DNA of 64,000 nucleotides, from the NCBI GenBank assembly GCA_051294375.1, contig CM119266.1:18222087-18286086 (forward strand), in the 5' to 3' direction. The translations under genes were made by a program, and so were the position numbers. Shown here one piece after another: positions 1-13,360 of the stretch. The notes below the pieces were generated by a model, which had not been told where the DNA came from, did no database searches, and saw only the letters and a list, made by a program, of their open reading frames with translations. This stretch comes from Paraspadella gotoi (Eukaryota > Animalia > Chaetognatha). Positions within the stretch are counted from its first letter, which is position 1. Each line of letters opens with the position of its first letter.

Positions 1-865
1 TCATAATCGATCTTTTATTTGTCTCTGGTTGTTATTTTTAGTGTTTGTTTGCGTAACCAAGGTAATCGTCGTCATCGTCGTCGTCGTCGCCTCATTCCAT
101 TGTCCTTTTGTTTCTTGTTTCCATATTTAGTTCCATNNNNNNNNNNTCCTTACCGTGCCCGAAGCGAGATTGCGGCTCTTGAGAAGCCGAAGAGGAGAAG
201 CCCTGCCCGACATGGCTCGGCGAGGAGCGCAAAGGAACGGCGGAGAGGTCAGAGGCGCGGAACATTGCCGTGTGACGACCCCTGGCGGGCGAAACATAAA
301 CAATGAGGAGAGGGATGAAGTCGTAGCGGGGGCGGAGGGCGTGCCTCGAGGGCTGTGCCCTTTGAGGGCCGATGGCTCAAGGGTCGTTGGAGATGGAAGG
401 GATGGTGGCGTGAAATTATTGTTGATTAAGAGGTTCGCAAATTGTTTTTTTCGTAATTCGGGAAAAAATATCGCCATTTTTAATTTTAAGCTTTCTTTTT
501 AACTAAATCCACCAAAGCCTGTCAATAGGCAGCGGCAAGATAACTTATTAATTGAAGGAATTGATATTTTTTATATTTGTTTTACCATTTTCATTTTATA
601 GAGTAACTATAAGTAATAATTATTAAGTATTTTTTCTGCTGTAGCTGTGTTATTTTTTGTTTTCTTGTTGTTGTTTCAACTTTCAAAGATGAAGAAATCT
701 TCCTTTACGACAACAACAATAACAACAACAACAATTCCACAAGATGTATATCAATACTTTTAATCCTTCATCATCTGTATCAAGATTCCATCTCCACTTC
801 ACTTCATCTGTTTCATCATCATCTGATCCTCTTCTCGCGCGTGAAATTCTTCTCCTTTGAAGTGC

Positions 866-898
<33 letters not shown>

Positions 899-1470
899 NN
901 NNNNNNNNNNNNNNNNNNNNNNNNNNNNNNNNNNNNNNNNNNNNNNNNNNNNNNNNNNNNNNNNNNNNNNNNNNNNNNNNNNNNNNNNNNNNNNNNNNNN
1001 NNNNNNNNNNNNNNNNNNNNNNNNNNNNNNNNNNNNNNNNNNNNNNNNNNNNNNNNNNNNNNNNNNNNNNNNNNNNNNNNNNNNNNNNNNNNNNGTTAGA
1101 GCAGATTTGCTTAGACACCGAAGTAACTTGACACGAGATACAAAGAGACCGAGCCAAGTATTGAGTCATTGACCGACCGACCGACCGAACGGTTTCCAGA
1201 CTGACTGACCGACCGACTAAGACTTGATCATCTTAATCACATTCGCCGATAAACTAACGTCACCACCACAGGTTCTTCTGGTTCNNNNNNNNNNNNNNNN
1301 NNNNNNNNNNNNNNNNNNNNNNNNNNNNNNNNNNNNNNNNNNNNNNNNNNNNNNNNNNNNNNNNNNNNNNNNNNNNNNNNNNNNNNNNNNNNNNNNNNNN
1401 NNNNNNNNNNNNNNNNNNNNNNNNNNNNNNNNNNNNNNNNNNNNNNNNNNNNNNNNNNNNNNNNNNNNNN

Positions 1471-1971
1471 ATTATTCCAAACTTTAGATATCTTTCAAAT
1501 TTACATAATCCTTCCTTTCCTTTCCAAATTTACACTTTCTGCTTTCCTTTTTTTTATATTTTCTACTTTCATTTTTTATTTTCAACCTTTTCTACTTTTT
1601 TTCGTTCAATCGTTCCATCCTTATTCAATATTCATCCACTTTCCATACTTGACTTTTTATTTTCCTTCCTCTTCTTTCCATCCTTCTCTTTCCACCCACG
1701 CCCCCCATACCCGACCTTACACTCCCCTCCCCTCCTACGGACCCCTCCAAGTCCTTCCACACCCTTCCTTTACTCCTCCACACCCTCCAGACCCCGCCGG
1801 GCCCCTCCATCGCTCTTCCACACCCTTCTTAGCCAATTAAAGAGACTTGACCAACTGGACGCGAGCGAAAGTTTTTAATCCTTCGTAATCTTAAGTCGTC
1901 GTCGTTGTTGTTGTTGTCGGTGAACTGGTCGTGAGTGACGCGGTTCAAAGGAGACCGACGACGACGACGAC

Positions 1972-2003
<32 letters not shown>

Positions 2004-2608
2004 AGGCGATTTAAAGGGTCATTTGATGTGATTAAGTGGAACGAGAAACGAAACTTAAACGAAGAATGGAAATAATGAGAGAAAAAATTTGAATCAAGAG
2101 TTAAAAATGAACAAAAAAAGTAATGAGGAAAATTAAATATGCTATGGTTTAGAATAGAATTATAATAGAATAGCAGCACGATTGAGAGATAAAAACTAAA
2201 CAAATTGTTTAAAAAAATGAACAGATTTGGGCTAAAATGGAACAAATAAGAAATAAATATAAATAAGAGAAAAAAAGGAGAGCATTATCTCGCAAAGTAA
2301 ATAAGGGAGAATGAATACAAAGAAAACCGTAAAACAAAAGAAAATAGTCAAGCGAATATGTTTCTATTCAAAAGCGAAGGATAAAAAAAGACGTAACAGT
2401 TAGAAGAGATAAGATATGAAAGGATTCACGGTACAGCGACGGAGCAAAGATACAGAGAAAACCGGATAAAGAGACAAAGAAATGATTTTTCTACTTCGTT
2501 TGTAAACAAGGCGGACGACAACGAAGTTTTACTAAGGTTCAGTTTTTTTAAGAGGCGAAAGGAAAATCTGGCGAATTGTCAACACTCATAACGCTTCATT
2601 GCTGAGAG

Positions 2609-2648
<40 letters not shown>

Positions 2649-2654
2649 AGAGAG

Positions 2655-2687
<33 letters not shown>

Positions 2688-3398
2688 TCCCCTCCGTTAT
2701 TTCTCCCTTTTTCTCCTCAATCGAATTTTTCCCACAAAAATTCGGGTTAAAAGGATTTTTGATCCAAATTTGGATCTCGACCTTCGAAGTCCGTGGGTCG
2801 ATGGGGGAAAGACGACGACGACGACCACGACGACGATGATTGCGATGCGAGACGACTACGATGTGATGACGACGACGACTACGATGTGATGATTGATGAA
2901 TGATGATGATGTATGATGATGATGAGATGATGACGTTGATGGAGACGACGACGACGATGATGATGATTGATGATGATATAGAAATGAAATGAGCAAACAG
3001 ACGTCTATGATAATGACGATGACGACGACGACGCACAACTAAAGAACGATACGTCTACGATGATGACGAGACGACTACAATAAGGATGGCAAATATAAAA
3101 CAATGAAATATAACGATAAGAATCGATCACCAAAAAATAAGACAAAGGCCGATTATCAATAACGATGGAAAGTATTCAGTTTTGTGGACAAGCCCCTAAG
3201 TAACTGCCATTTTTTATTACTTCAATAACAATAATGATAAGAAATCGTATCTAATGTTTTGAACGATAAGAATAAAAAAAAATTGAATGGTCTGTGTTGT
3301 TCGTTAAAAACAACAGCCGAAGGCAGAGCTGTTCTCGTTATACCAGCGGGAACTTGTTGAGTTGCGACGCGGAGGATGTAGAGGAGAGAGAGAGAGAG

Positions 3399-3468
<70 letters not shown>

Positions 3469-4596
3469 AACGAGAGAATGTACAGCACGACTTAGTGATT
3501 AAGACAAAGGTCTACAAAGAGGCGGCCGCCTTGTTTACAAACGAAGTAAAAATCATTTCTTTTGTCTCTTTAATCCGGTTTTCTCTGTATCTTTGGGCTC
3601 CGTCGCTGTACCGTGATCGCCTTTCATATCTTATCTCTTCTAACTGTTACGTCTCTTTTTTATTCCTTCGCTTTGAATAGAAACATATTCGCTTGACTAT
3701 TTTCTTTTGTTTTAAACGGTTTTTCCTTTGTATTCATTCTCCCTTATTACTTTGCGAGATAATACTTCTCCTTTTTTTCTCTTGTTTATATTTATTTCTT
3801 ATTTTAGCCCAAATTATGTCCCTTTTTTTTTTAACAATTTGTTTTCGTTTTTATCTCTCTCAATCGTGCTGCTATTTCTATTCTAATTCTATTTCTAAAA
3901 CCATAGTTATTAATTTTCTCATTTCTTTTTTTGTTCATTTTAACTCCTTGATTCAAATTTTTTCTCTCATTATTTTCTATTCTTCGTTTAAGTTTCGTTT
4001 CTCGTTTACAACTTATCATACATCAAAATGAACCCTTTAATCGCCGTCGTCCCGTCGTCGCGTCGTCGTCCGTCGTCGTCGTCTTTCGTCGTCGTCGTCG
4101 GTCTCCTTTGAACCGCGTCACTCACGACCAGTTCACCGACAAACAACAACAACGACGACGACTTACGAAAGGATTAACAAACTTTCGCTCGCGTCCAGTT
4201 GGTCATCTATTTACATTGGCTAAGAAGGGTTGTTGGAAGAAAGCGATTGCGAGGGCCCGGCGGGTCTGGAGGGTGTGGAGAGTAAAGGAGGGTGTGGAAG
4301 GACTGGAGGGGTCCGTAGGAGGGGAGGGGAGTGTAAGGTCGGGTATGGGGGGCGCTGGGTGGAAAGAGAAGGATGGAAAGAAGAGGAAGGAATATAAAAA
4401 GTCAAGTATGGAAAGTGGATGGAGTAACGGATGGACACGATGAACGAAAAAAAGTAGAAAGGTGAATAAAATTAAAGTAGAAAAATAAATAAAAAAAAAT
4501 AAGGAAGCAGAAAAGTGTAAATTTGGAAAAGTGGAAAGGAACGGTAGCGATTAGTAAATTCATTTTGAATAGATCATCTAAAGTTTGGAATAATAA
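1471..4596. repeat. About 1.05-kb inverted duplication (arms ~1471-2515 and ~3525-4596) around a microsatellite core
   Basis: ATTATTCCAAACTTTAGAT at 1471 is the reverse complement of ATCTAAAGTTTGGAATAAT near 4577-4595; the inner ends CTTCGTTTGTAAACAAGGCGG / CCGCCTTGTTTACAAACGAAG also match. The arms differ by many 1-2 nt indels and both outer ends abut N gaps. Confidence 0.85.
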
Positions 4597-4621
4597 NNNN
4601 NNNNNNNNNNNNNNNNNNNNN

Positions 4622-4654
<33 letters not shown>

Positions 4655-4943
4655 TCATCTCACGACAACGGCCAATTTATGTCACTTTGACACTTTTCAG
4701 CTTAGTCGTCGTTGTCATCTTTTTTTCATCGTCATCGTCATGGTCGTCAGTGGTCGTCAGTGATCGTCAATAGAGGTCGTCGTTGTTGTTGATCTCGGTT
4801 TTTTCATTGTCTTTCATAGCTTTGATCTGATATTTATAAACTTTTTTTGCTTTTTTTTTTTAAATTCGGAAAACACATATAAGAAACTATATTTGCTATC
4901 AGCTTATCATGCTAGGAAATTGATAGTATTCATCTTTTTTACA

Positions 4944-5026
4944 GATCATCTAAGGAGGTCCTCACCTAGAGAATGATCATCTAAGGAGGTCCTCACTTTG
5001 ACCAAGATCATCTAAGGAGGTCCTCA
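4944..5026 (+). repeat. Three copies of a 21-nt unit GATCATCTAAGGAGGTCCTCA with a 31-nt period
   Basis: Units start at 4944, 4975 and 5006, separated by different 10-nt linkers. Confidence 0.9.
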
Positions 5027-5081
5027 TCCTTTTTTAAAAAATCTTCGCTTGAAGAAAAAATTGAGATCGAAAAGATAAAAT

Positions 5082-5220
<139 letters not shown>

Positions 5221-6329
5221 ATGAAAAGAAGATTTGCCCGGGGCTTTTCATATCAAGACTCCCATCCTTAATCTTTTAAAAGGTACATAATTGGAAAAGA
5301 GTTGATCGGTTGAATTAAAATCTGCTCTTTAACTCGGGCTCAATGTGCATTTCTCCCAATCATTATCAGTTTTTGAGCCTCTGGTCTGAGTCTCTGGACT
5401 GTTTTATGGTTATCTAACTTATGAAATGTTTTATTAAATAAAAGAGGTAATTCAAAAAAATCCGCCTCATTATTACTTTGTTTTGCTGATGAAACGTTTT
5501 GGTAAATACATCACAGACTGAGCAAACAGGCAAAAAAAATAGATATAAAGCTAATAACTGCCTGAAATTGTTAAACAAGAAATACAATATCTATTTCCTT
5601 TTCTTTTATTCTTTGCGTCAGCGTGGACTAATCCACCAAGTTATAGTTTTTAGGCGAATGAATCATAACGAAATTAAAGCAATAAACATCGAGTTAAAAT
5701 CTTTCGATACCAAATTTACTTTTTTTGATTCTCAAAATTAATTATTTTTTCTTCTCGTCATTCGTCTTCTGGCTACGACGACGACGACGACGATGAACGC
5801 GACGAAAACGTTGATCGCGACGATTGTCGTTGCGGCGACTTTGATCGGAGATGGGGAAGCAGGAAGCGCGGGCGAAAAGAGAGGTGAGGAGGAAAACAGA
5901 GGGGTAAGTTAGATAAAATGAGAGGCGAAAGGGGAGAAAAGAAAGGAGGTACGGTATGGGAAAAGGAATAGGTTGGTAGAGACGGGAAATGATGAGCAAG
6001 ATAGATTTATAGTATATTTCATCAAATTTTAAAAACATCACTTTTTAAATTATAAATTCCTGTTATGTTTGTTATGTGGCGGAATATTTAGACCGCCTCA
6101 CCTCTCAACCTCCTAAGGGTTACTTTCCATCCACAGTCTGAATGACTTCCCTCTGAGTTGGCAAAGCGAGATCATCCTAGGGTAACCGCGCCAGTGGCAG
6201 TTGGCGCCACCGAGGGTAGGAAGCCCCCAAAGTCAATGGGCATCAGAGGCAACCCGGCTGATACCATAATTAGCTTCTTTTTTTTTTCGTCAAAAAGTTT
6301 AAATTTATCTCTCCCGACTTCTTCTACAG

Positions 6330-7071
6330 ACACTGAGAACGATTCCACTGATGAAGAGTCGCAGAAAGATGGAATCATAGATGGAATCGAAAAACTGAGT
6401 GAAGACGCTAAACGTAAATCAGTGAATGAGACGTGATGCTGTGAGATGAGAGAATGGTAAATATAAGCATGCGAGGCTGTGATGCGTTTCATTTCTGGCT
6501 TTCATTTTCTTCATCGCTGACCCTTTCATTTTCTCTTTTTCTTTTCTTTCCTCCCTTTCCTCCAATAAACAGGCTTCGCCCGCCACTGCGCCCGCCGCTC
6601 TTTCGACGGCTCCACTTACCTCCTCTGCAAGTCCAACAGATCCTACATCGGCAGCGGCGTCGCCTGCGGATTTCTCGGCTTTCAACCCTCGACCCTGAAG
6701 GAACCACGCAAATTGGCCTTTGCGGCCAAGTGGGCGCGGGAGGAGGCAACTCGTGCCGTGTGGGTCGGGGCTGTGCAGAGAGCCGACGGTAGCGGATTCG
6801 CGTGGAGCGACCAATCCGAGGTTGGTGGTTGATTGATTAATCGATGTATATTGATTGATTAACTGACTAATTGATGAATTGATTGTTAAATTAATTGCTG
6901 GATAAACTGCTCGTTTGATCGCTCAACTGATTGATTTTCAAGGTCGAAGGCTGGAAAGATGGTTACCCCAAGGAATTCGTCTATCGTAGCTCAGTTGCGC
7001 TCTCTCCTCCCGACTACGACGAATTAATCAACGCTTTGAGCACCGAGAAATTCAATATCATCTGCAATTGA
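6330..7071 (+). CDS. 3' exons of a C-type lectin-domain protein (exons 6330-6413, 6573-6820, 6943-7071; 5' part not resolved)
   Basis: Spliced translation: DTENDSTDEESQKDGIIDGIEKLSEDAKRFARHCARRSFDGSTYLLCKSNRSYIGSGVACGFLGFQPSTLKEPRKLAFAAKWAREEATRAVWVGAVQRADGSGFAWSDQSE|VEGWKDGYPKEFVYRSSVALSPPDYDELINALSTEKFNIICN*. It carries CTLD hallmarks F.GS.Y, C..LG, VWVG, FAWSD, W..G.P and terminal IC. AG/GT boundaries are phase-consistent. Not in the ORF track. Confidence 0.8.
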
Positions 7072-7112
7072 TCGGAGGAGAGAGAAAGAGAAGAGAGAGA
7101 GAGAGAGAAGAG

Positions 7113-7160
<48 letters not shown>

Positions 7161-8848
7161 GGCTGGAGGAAATGGGAGGAAAGAAAAGGAATAGAGAGGA
7201 TACTAGCTAAAGGAAGGAATGAAAATTGAAGTAAATAAATGAAAAGAAAAAAAAAATGCTTGAAATTTAAGTTAAATTTTAAACAATCTTTCCCAGTTAA
7301 TCAGTTTAGGGAGCGTAGTTTTTTTTTGTGTGTTTTTTTTTTCTTACAAAGAACCTCACTTAATACATTTATTTGTTATATCGAAAAGTATATGGAAAAT
7401 AAAGACGCCAAATAATCTTTTTTCTTTAAATGAAGTGAGAAGGCTCAAATAGGCCATAAGCTCATCACGTTCAGGATTAATAATAATGAAATAGTTAAAA
7501 AGAAGACGACTTTTTTTACCTGAAGTTTAAACTGCTGAAGAGCCTAAGTACAGTTTAGAACTTTAATTTATAGTCAAATCGGTCCTTTAAAACTGTCCAT
7601 CCGTCCATCTCAGTCCGTGTCACTATCGCCATAGCATGAGTCAGTATCGTTTCTTGTCTTTCCATGTAAGTTTGTTCGTGTCATGCTATGTCATTGCGTC
7701 TGTCATTCGGTTCATTTATAATTGGCGCTTCAAAAGTACAATCACGATTTTTTAACTAAAAAAAAAATCGATCAAAAAAATTTGAAGGAATTAAAAAAGA
7801 GAAATGAAGAAAAGGAATAGAAGAAAAAAAATATGAAAAAGAAAGACATAAAGAGGATTTCAAATTTGAAACCCGCATGAAATTTGAAAAAAAAAAAATC
7901 AAAAATCAAAAATCGAAGAATAAAAAAATTGAGGAGAATCGAAGTTCAAAGGAAAGCCGACGGGCGAAGACGAATCCAGTTTCAATAATTCGAGTTTTGA
8001 GTCATATTTCTGATGGGAGGGGGGGGAAGTATGGTAATAGTATAAACGATGACAATGATTACATTAATATCGGTGTCTGTTTTAAACGATTGATATATCT
8101 AGATTTCAAGAAAAGGATTAATTCGAAATTCCGATCAGAACAAATGATCTTTGTCTGACCCTGCGGGGCTCTGAATATCTAGCGGAGTTATGGTCAGCTA
8201 ATTCCGTGCGAGACGATTGAAGACAGACCCAGCTGCAGCATCCAACTGACCTTTTACCGCATCGTTCGTCTGCAGCAACTCTTCCTTCCTTCGATGACTG
8301 ACTAAATGTTTCGATCGTAGGAAGGTCAATCAAGACAAGCACGACGACAACGACGACAACGACGTCAATTTTCAATCGTAGTTTATTATAGAGTAAAACG
8401 TAGGAGTTCGAGGTGTGTAAGAGAAAGAAAAGAGGAAGAGGAGGAAGAGAAGGAGGAGGAGGAAGAGAAAGAGGAGGAGGAAGAGAAGGAGGAGGAGGAG
8501 GACACCTGGAAGTCGATGCTCCCAAATTAAAGATCTAATTTATCACGTGACCAAGTTTTAATCCACGAAATTGGGGAGACAACTTGTCTTCGCCGTCGCT
8601 TTGGTTGTCGTCGTTTTCGTCGTTGTATTAGATAAACTTTGACACAAAAATTGTCTTGTCAAAAAAAAAGAGAATTAAAATAAGAAAAGCGTGACATATA
8701 ATCCATTGAATTCCGTGATTAAAAGAATTAATGAATTCCTTTTAAATCACTTGGATTCACAGCCAAACGAAAAGCGTCGAAGAATCACGAAATCGAATGT
8801 GAGGTTTAAAAAAATAATTCGTCGTCTTTAAAATTTAAACCCCTCACA

Positions 8849-8916
<68 letters not shown>

Positions 8917-9106
8917 TAATCCAACGCAGGTGCCTAACTGTAAATTTTTTAGGTCGAACCAAAATTCCGGAAATCGTTTCGTAATAATCGGGTGACGGTG
9001 TAGCTTTTCTCTGTAAGTCGAAGGGAGGATGTTTAGAAAAAGGTACTACATTAAAATATATAATTGCAGCTGCTTCTTTAAGGAGCAATCACTGTGCTAA
9101 AAACGT

Positions 9107-9165
9107 GAGGCCCCCAAATGAGGCCCCCAATGAGGCCCCCAATGAGGCCCCCAATGAGGCCCACA
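9107..9165 (+). repeat. 12-bp minisatellite (TGAGGCCCCCAA), about 5 copies
   Basis: Directly visible tandem units. Confidence 0.9.
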
Positions 9166-9816
9166 AGGAGTTTCCTAAGTTATCGAGGGAAACATCTGTC
9201 GCTACTATAATATAGTCTATACATATTGTAATTTGCTATAGTCAAATATAAAGCTGTTCTACTATAATTATTTATGTATACAAAAAATTCCTACTGTATT
9301 CGATGACGCAATATTCTCTTAAGTGACGAATTTCTAGATGAAGGCGTCCACGAAAACCAATAAAAACATTCCGAACATTTTTAGATGCATCCCCGCATCT
9401 CTCTTAACTTTAAATAACTTTTTGAATGTGAGCCAAGTCAATCATCGTGTTGATTTACAATCCCTTGAAAAAAATATAAAGGCTTTTTTTTCGCACTAAT
9501 TAATCAATACTGATAATTGACAAGATCCCCATTCAAAGCCCCTCCCTTCTCCCTTCTCCCTTCTCCCTTCTCCCTTCTCCCTTCTCGTTTCTCAACAACT
9601 AAAACTTTCCAGTCGTTGATAATAAATCCATTAACCACATTAACTAAATTCAAGTTACACGTCCAACGTTTAACCGAAAATAATTTTATTAACGAATTTT
9701 TTTTTCTTTTTTTTAAAAAAAAGGGAAAAAAAATATCGTTTTTGTCGCTGAGGGAGAGAAAAATCGAATTTTCGCGCCGAGTCAGTCACTCTCTCTGCTC
9801 TCTCTTTCTCTCTTCA

Positions 9817-9866
<50 letters not shown>

Positions 9867-10377
9867 GCTTTTTGGCATTTTGTTTTGAGAGAAAACAAGA
9901 GGGAAGGCTTCGCTCCCTTCTCGGCTCCCGAGACCCCGGATGGCGCGACCCGCCGTGCCAGACCGGCTGTCGGTGCTGGATGCCGGTGCAGGCTGCGTCG
10001 GCAGGAAAAAAAAAAGTCGGCGGAGCGAAGAGACGTCAATCAAAAACGTATCAACGTCAATTACGTTTGGTTGGGGGGAACGTCACTAGAGGTCGCGGCG
10101 AAGAAGGAGGGAACGACGACGACGACGACGACGACGACCACGACGAAAAATTGATTGGCTTCTAAATGTCTAATGGCTAATGGCAATGGTTTCCTCGACT
10201 CCATATTATTATTCCTCTTCCCTCTTCAATTCTGTATAAAAAACTCCATCTTCGAAATGATCCATATTTCTCGGGTTCTCGGCACCACGAATTATGTCGG
10301 CAAAGAGGCCGACAATGGGTGTTGACCTCAGCGTCGGTCGATGTGACTCTCCTTGGAAAAATGAGACTCATTAGCGG

Positions 10378-10461
<84 letters not shown>

Positions 10462-10835
10462 GGAGGTATTTTGGGTCCTTCTCTTCATAAATTAGGGCAT
10501 TTTCAAACAATTTTTAGATGACTCCCCGATAGCCATAGCTCGTTTAGTATTATTTTTGTATTATTTAATGAAACCAATCGTGACAATTTTCAAAGAAACC
10601 AACTAGAAACATATTTTGCTTATTAATATTAATAAACATGAAGGCATTCAAAAATTAATTGGCCTCTTTAGATATACCGATTGGCTCATAGTCCAACTCT
10701 TTCAGTAACATACATCTATTACATCCTGATTGGCGGATTCCAAATCCTTTCCCGATTGGTCAAATTTACCGCCCAAAAAACTCGAAGGCGGAGAAGAAAA
10801 GAATTTGGAAATAATGCGATTATATCGGAGTGGAA

Positions 10836-11020
10836 GGGAGATGGGGAGAGATGGTTATGGGGAAGGATAGGGATAGGAAAGGAGGAAGGAAGGGAGATGG
10901 GGAGAGATGGTTATGGGGAAGGATAGGATAGGGAAGGAGGAAGAAGGGAGATGGGGAGAGATGTATGTGGGAAGGATAGGGATAGGGAAAGGAGGAAGAG
11001 GACCAGATGGGGAAGACGGG
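10836..11020 (+). repeat. About 55-bp purine-rich tandem repeat, 3-4 degenerate copies
   Basis: GGGAGATGGGGAGAGATGGTTATGGGGAAGGATAGGGATAGG recurs near 10837, 10892 and 10947. Confidence 0.8.
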
Positions 11021-13104
11021 AGAGGCAAGAGGGAATAGAGAAAAGAATTAGGGATTAAGGTTAGGGATTAGAGATAGAAGAGGTTTAAGGGAGTAAGGGA
11101 GTTCTTGGTTAGGGATTAGCGTTAGGGATAAAGGTTAGAAGTTAGGATTAGGTATAGTTTGGGATTTAGGTCGCTTTTGGAATTAGGCTAAGCCTTTGTT
11201 TTGAAATTAAGTTCAGGAAGTAAGGACTTCGAAATTGGGCTCTTTGAAAATTAGTTGCCATTAAGAGGTGGAAGTGAGAGGGGAAGAGAAAAGAAAATTG
11301 TAAAAAGTAAATGAAAAATTCCGGGGGAACAGTAATAAAGAGGAAAAGTGGCGGAAAGTGACATTCCGATGCATATAGCATGGCATGGCATTCCACTTTT
11401 GAACCCCTATTCCGGTTACTCCTCCTCCTCCTCCTCCTCCTCCGATCAACCGACGTCCTACGATCGAATTTCGTCCGAAAACAAAAATATTTCCTTCCAT
11501 CAAAAATCGATGGGAGAATTTTTTTTTACGGGGGCGCGACTGTTAGACGATTGTTTTCTTAGCAGCAACTGTTTTACCAAACTGTTTTTATTGTATCACC
11601 GACTGTCCCTCGACGATTGTTATTGTATCGGACAACTGTTTTTTCAATATCAAGATCGGAATTCTAAAATATCATTTGCATATTGTAGTAGTCATAGTCA
11701 ATGTTTCCTCTTTCAGTTTCCCTTTGCATATAGATGTAGTCATAGTCAATGTTCCCTCTTAGTTTTTTCTTGTATGTTTGTATAAAATTCAAGAAGAAAA
11801 TTGGATGCAAAACTGCTTTTCTTAAGGTCAGGAGAGGAAAGGACTTCCGGTTTTGACGTCGTCAGTTGGCGCCGTCATTTTCTACCGCCATAATTTAGTA
11901 CAAGTAGCCAGAGAGACTATGTTACAGTTCGTACATTTTACTTTTAGAGACAGGCATTGATTTGCCCCTTTAAAACCGGGGCGTTTCAGGGTAATTTTTA
12001 TTTTGGTCGTATTAAAAAATAGAAGAATCAAATAATGTTCAATTATTTTCAATCATTTTTGTTGGTACAGTTTGCTGAATGCCCTTTTTTAAATATTGTA
12101 AAAAAAATCTTTCTCATTAACAAAAATAAAAAGTCGACGAATTTTAAACGCAAAAGGAAGATACTTAGTCCGCTTGTGTTCTCAAAAAATAATTTTTTGT
12201 TATCAAACAGGATTCTTTGGTTGAGACTCAGTTAAATCTATTGATAGAGGACGATCTTAAAAAAACAGAGGGAGAAAAAAACAGAAGCCAGGCAAGAGCG
12301 GACAATGAAACACACACACACACACTCTCTCTCTCNNNNNNNNNNNNNNNNNNNNNNNNNNNNNNNNNNNNNNNNNNNNNNNNNNNNNNNNNNNNNNNNN
12401 NNNNNNNNNNNNNNNNNNNNNNNNNNNNNNNNNNNNNNNNNNNNNNNNNNNNNNNNNNNNNNNNNNNNNNNNNNNNNNNNNNNNNNNNNNNNNNNNNNNN
12501 NNNNNNNNNNNNNNNNNNNNNNNNNNNNNNNNNNNNNNNNNNNNNNNNNNNNNNNNNNNNNNNNNNNNNNNNNNNNNNNNNNNNNNNNNNNNNNNAAAAA
12601 AAATAAACAATCCCGAAAAAAAAGAAACGTATTTCCGTTTTGTGTTGTTTTCTCTCTTCTTGATCAACGTTTATGTTTTGGTTTTGAATAGAAACAAGAA
12701 AATATTGTTTCATAAAACAACACTGGGAGCTTCTTTGCAACGATTTGTTTCATTAAACAACAATTCGTATTGTTTGATAAAACATTACTTTTCTGATTAA
12801 CGCACCGAATACGGCAATATGAGAGAAAGTTTTCTTTTTTTCGGGAAAGGTAAAATTTGTCTTTGTGATTATATTTTTTTTTATTATTTGTGATTAAACG
12901 GATTAATGTTATTGTCTGTGATTAGTTTGTGATTTAAAGGAGTTATAACTACGTTATTCGATCAGTTTAACGAGAAAAAAAATTATCATTATGTTTCATA
13001 GAAGTTTATTAAATGCAGTTTTTATTTTGGACAGTAAATAATTATAAATAAAAGTATTAAATATGGAAAACTACTAAATCTGCAATACACAAGATCAAAA
13101 AGGA

Positions 13105-13360
13105 GATTCATCCAAGCCCGGTAGACCCCCAGCCGTGATTAATTGTCGCAGCCCCCGCAACAGATCGTCAACACTCTCAAATTGAAGAGGGTGTTGCATC
13201 AAGGCTCAAAGCCACATCCCCTGGTCCGGCCTGGTGCACCATCCTTTGGATAAAGACGTCAGCTCAACTTTTTAACTCCCGGAAAGACAACATCGATAAA
13301 AGAAGTGGCAAGGACGGGATTCGAACCACGAATCTTGGAATAACATCGGCAGTCAATGAG
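13105..13360 (-). mobile_element. Probable tRNA-derived SINE fragment(s)
   Basis: The minus strand reads GGTTCGAATCCCGTC (Pol III B-box) at ~13313-13328, next to a GC-richer segment in AT-rich flanks; no full cloverleaf. Confidence 0.45.

Noticed and set aside
154-281. GC-rich island with minus-strand AG/GTAAG boundaries and ORFs on both strands
   Set aside because: No recognisable protein in any frame, and it abuts an N gap; strand and frame cannot be assigned.
4944-5026. CRISPR-like repeat-spacer pattern containing TAAGGAGGT (Shine-Dalgarno-like)
   Set aside because: Only three units, 10-nt linkers, no cas genes, and an intron-containing eukaryotic context.
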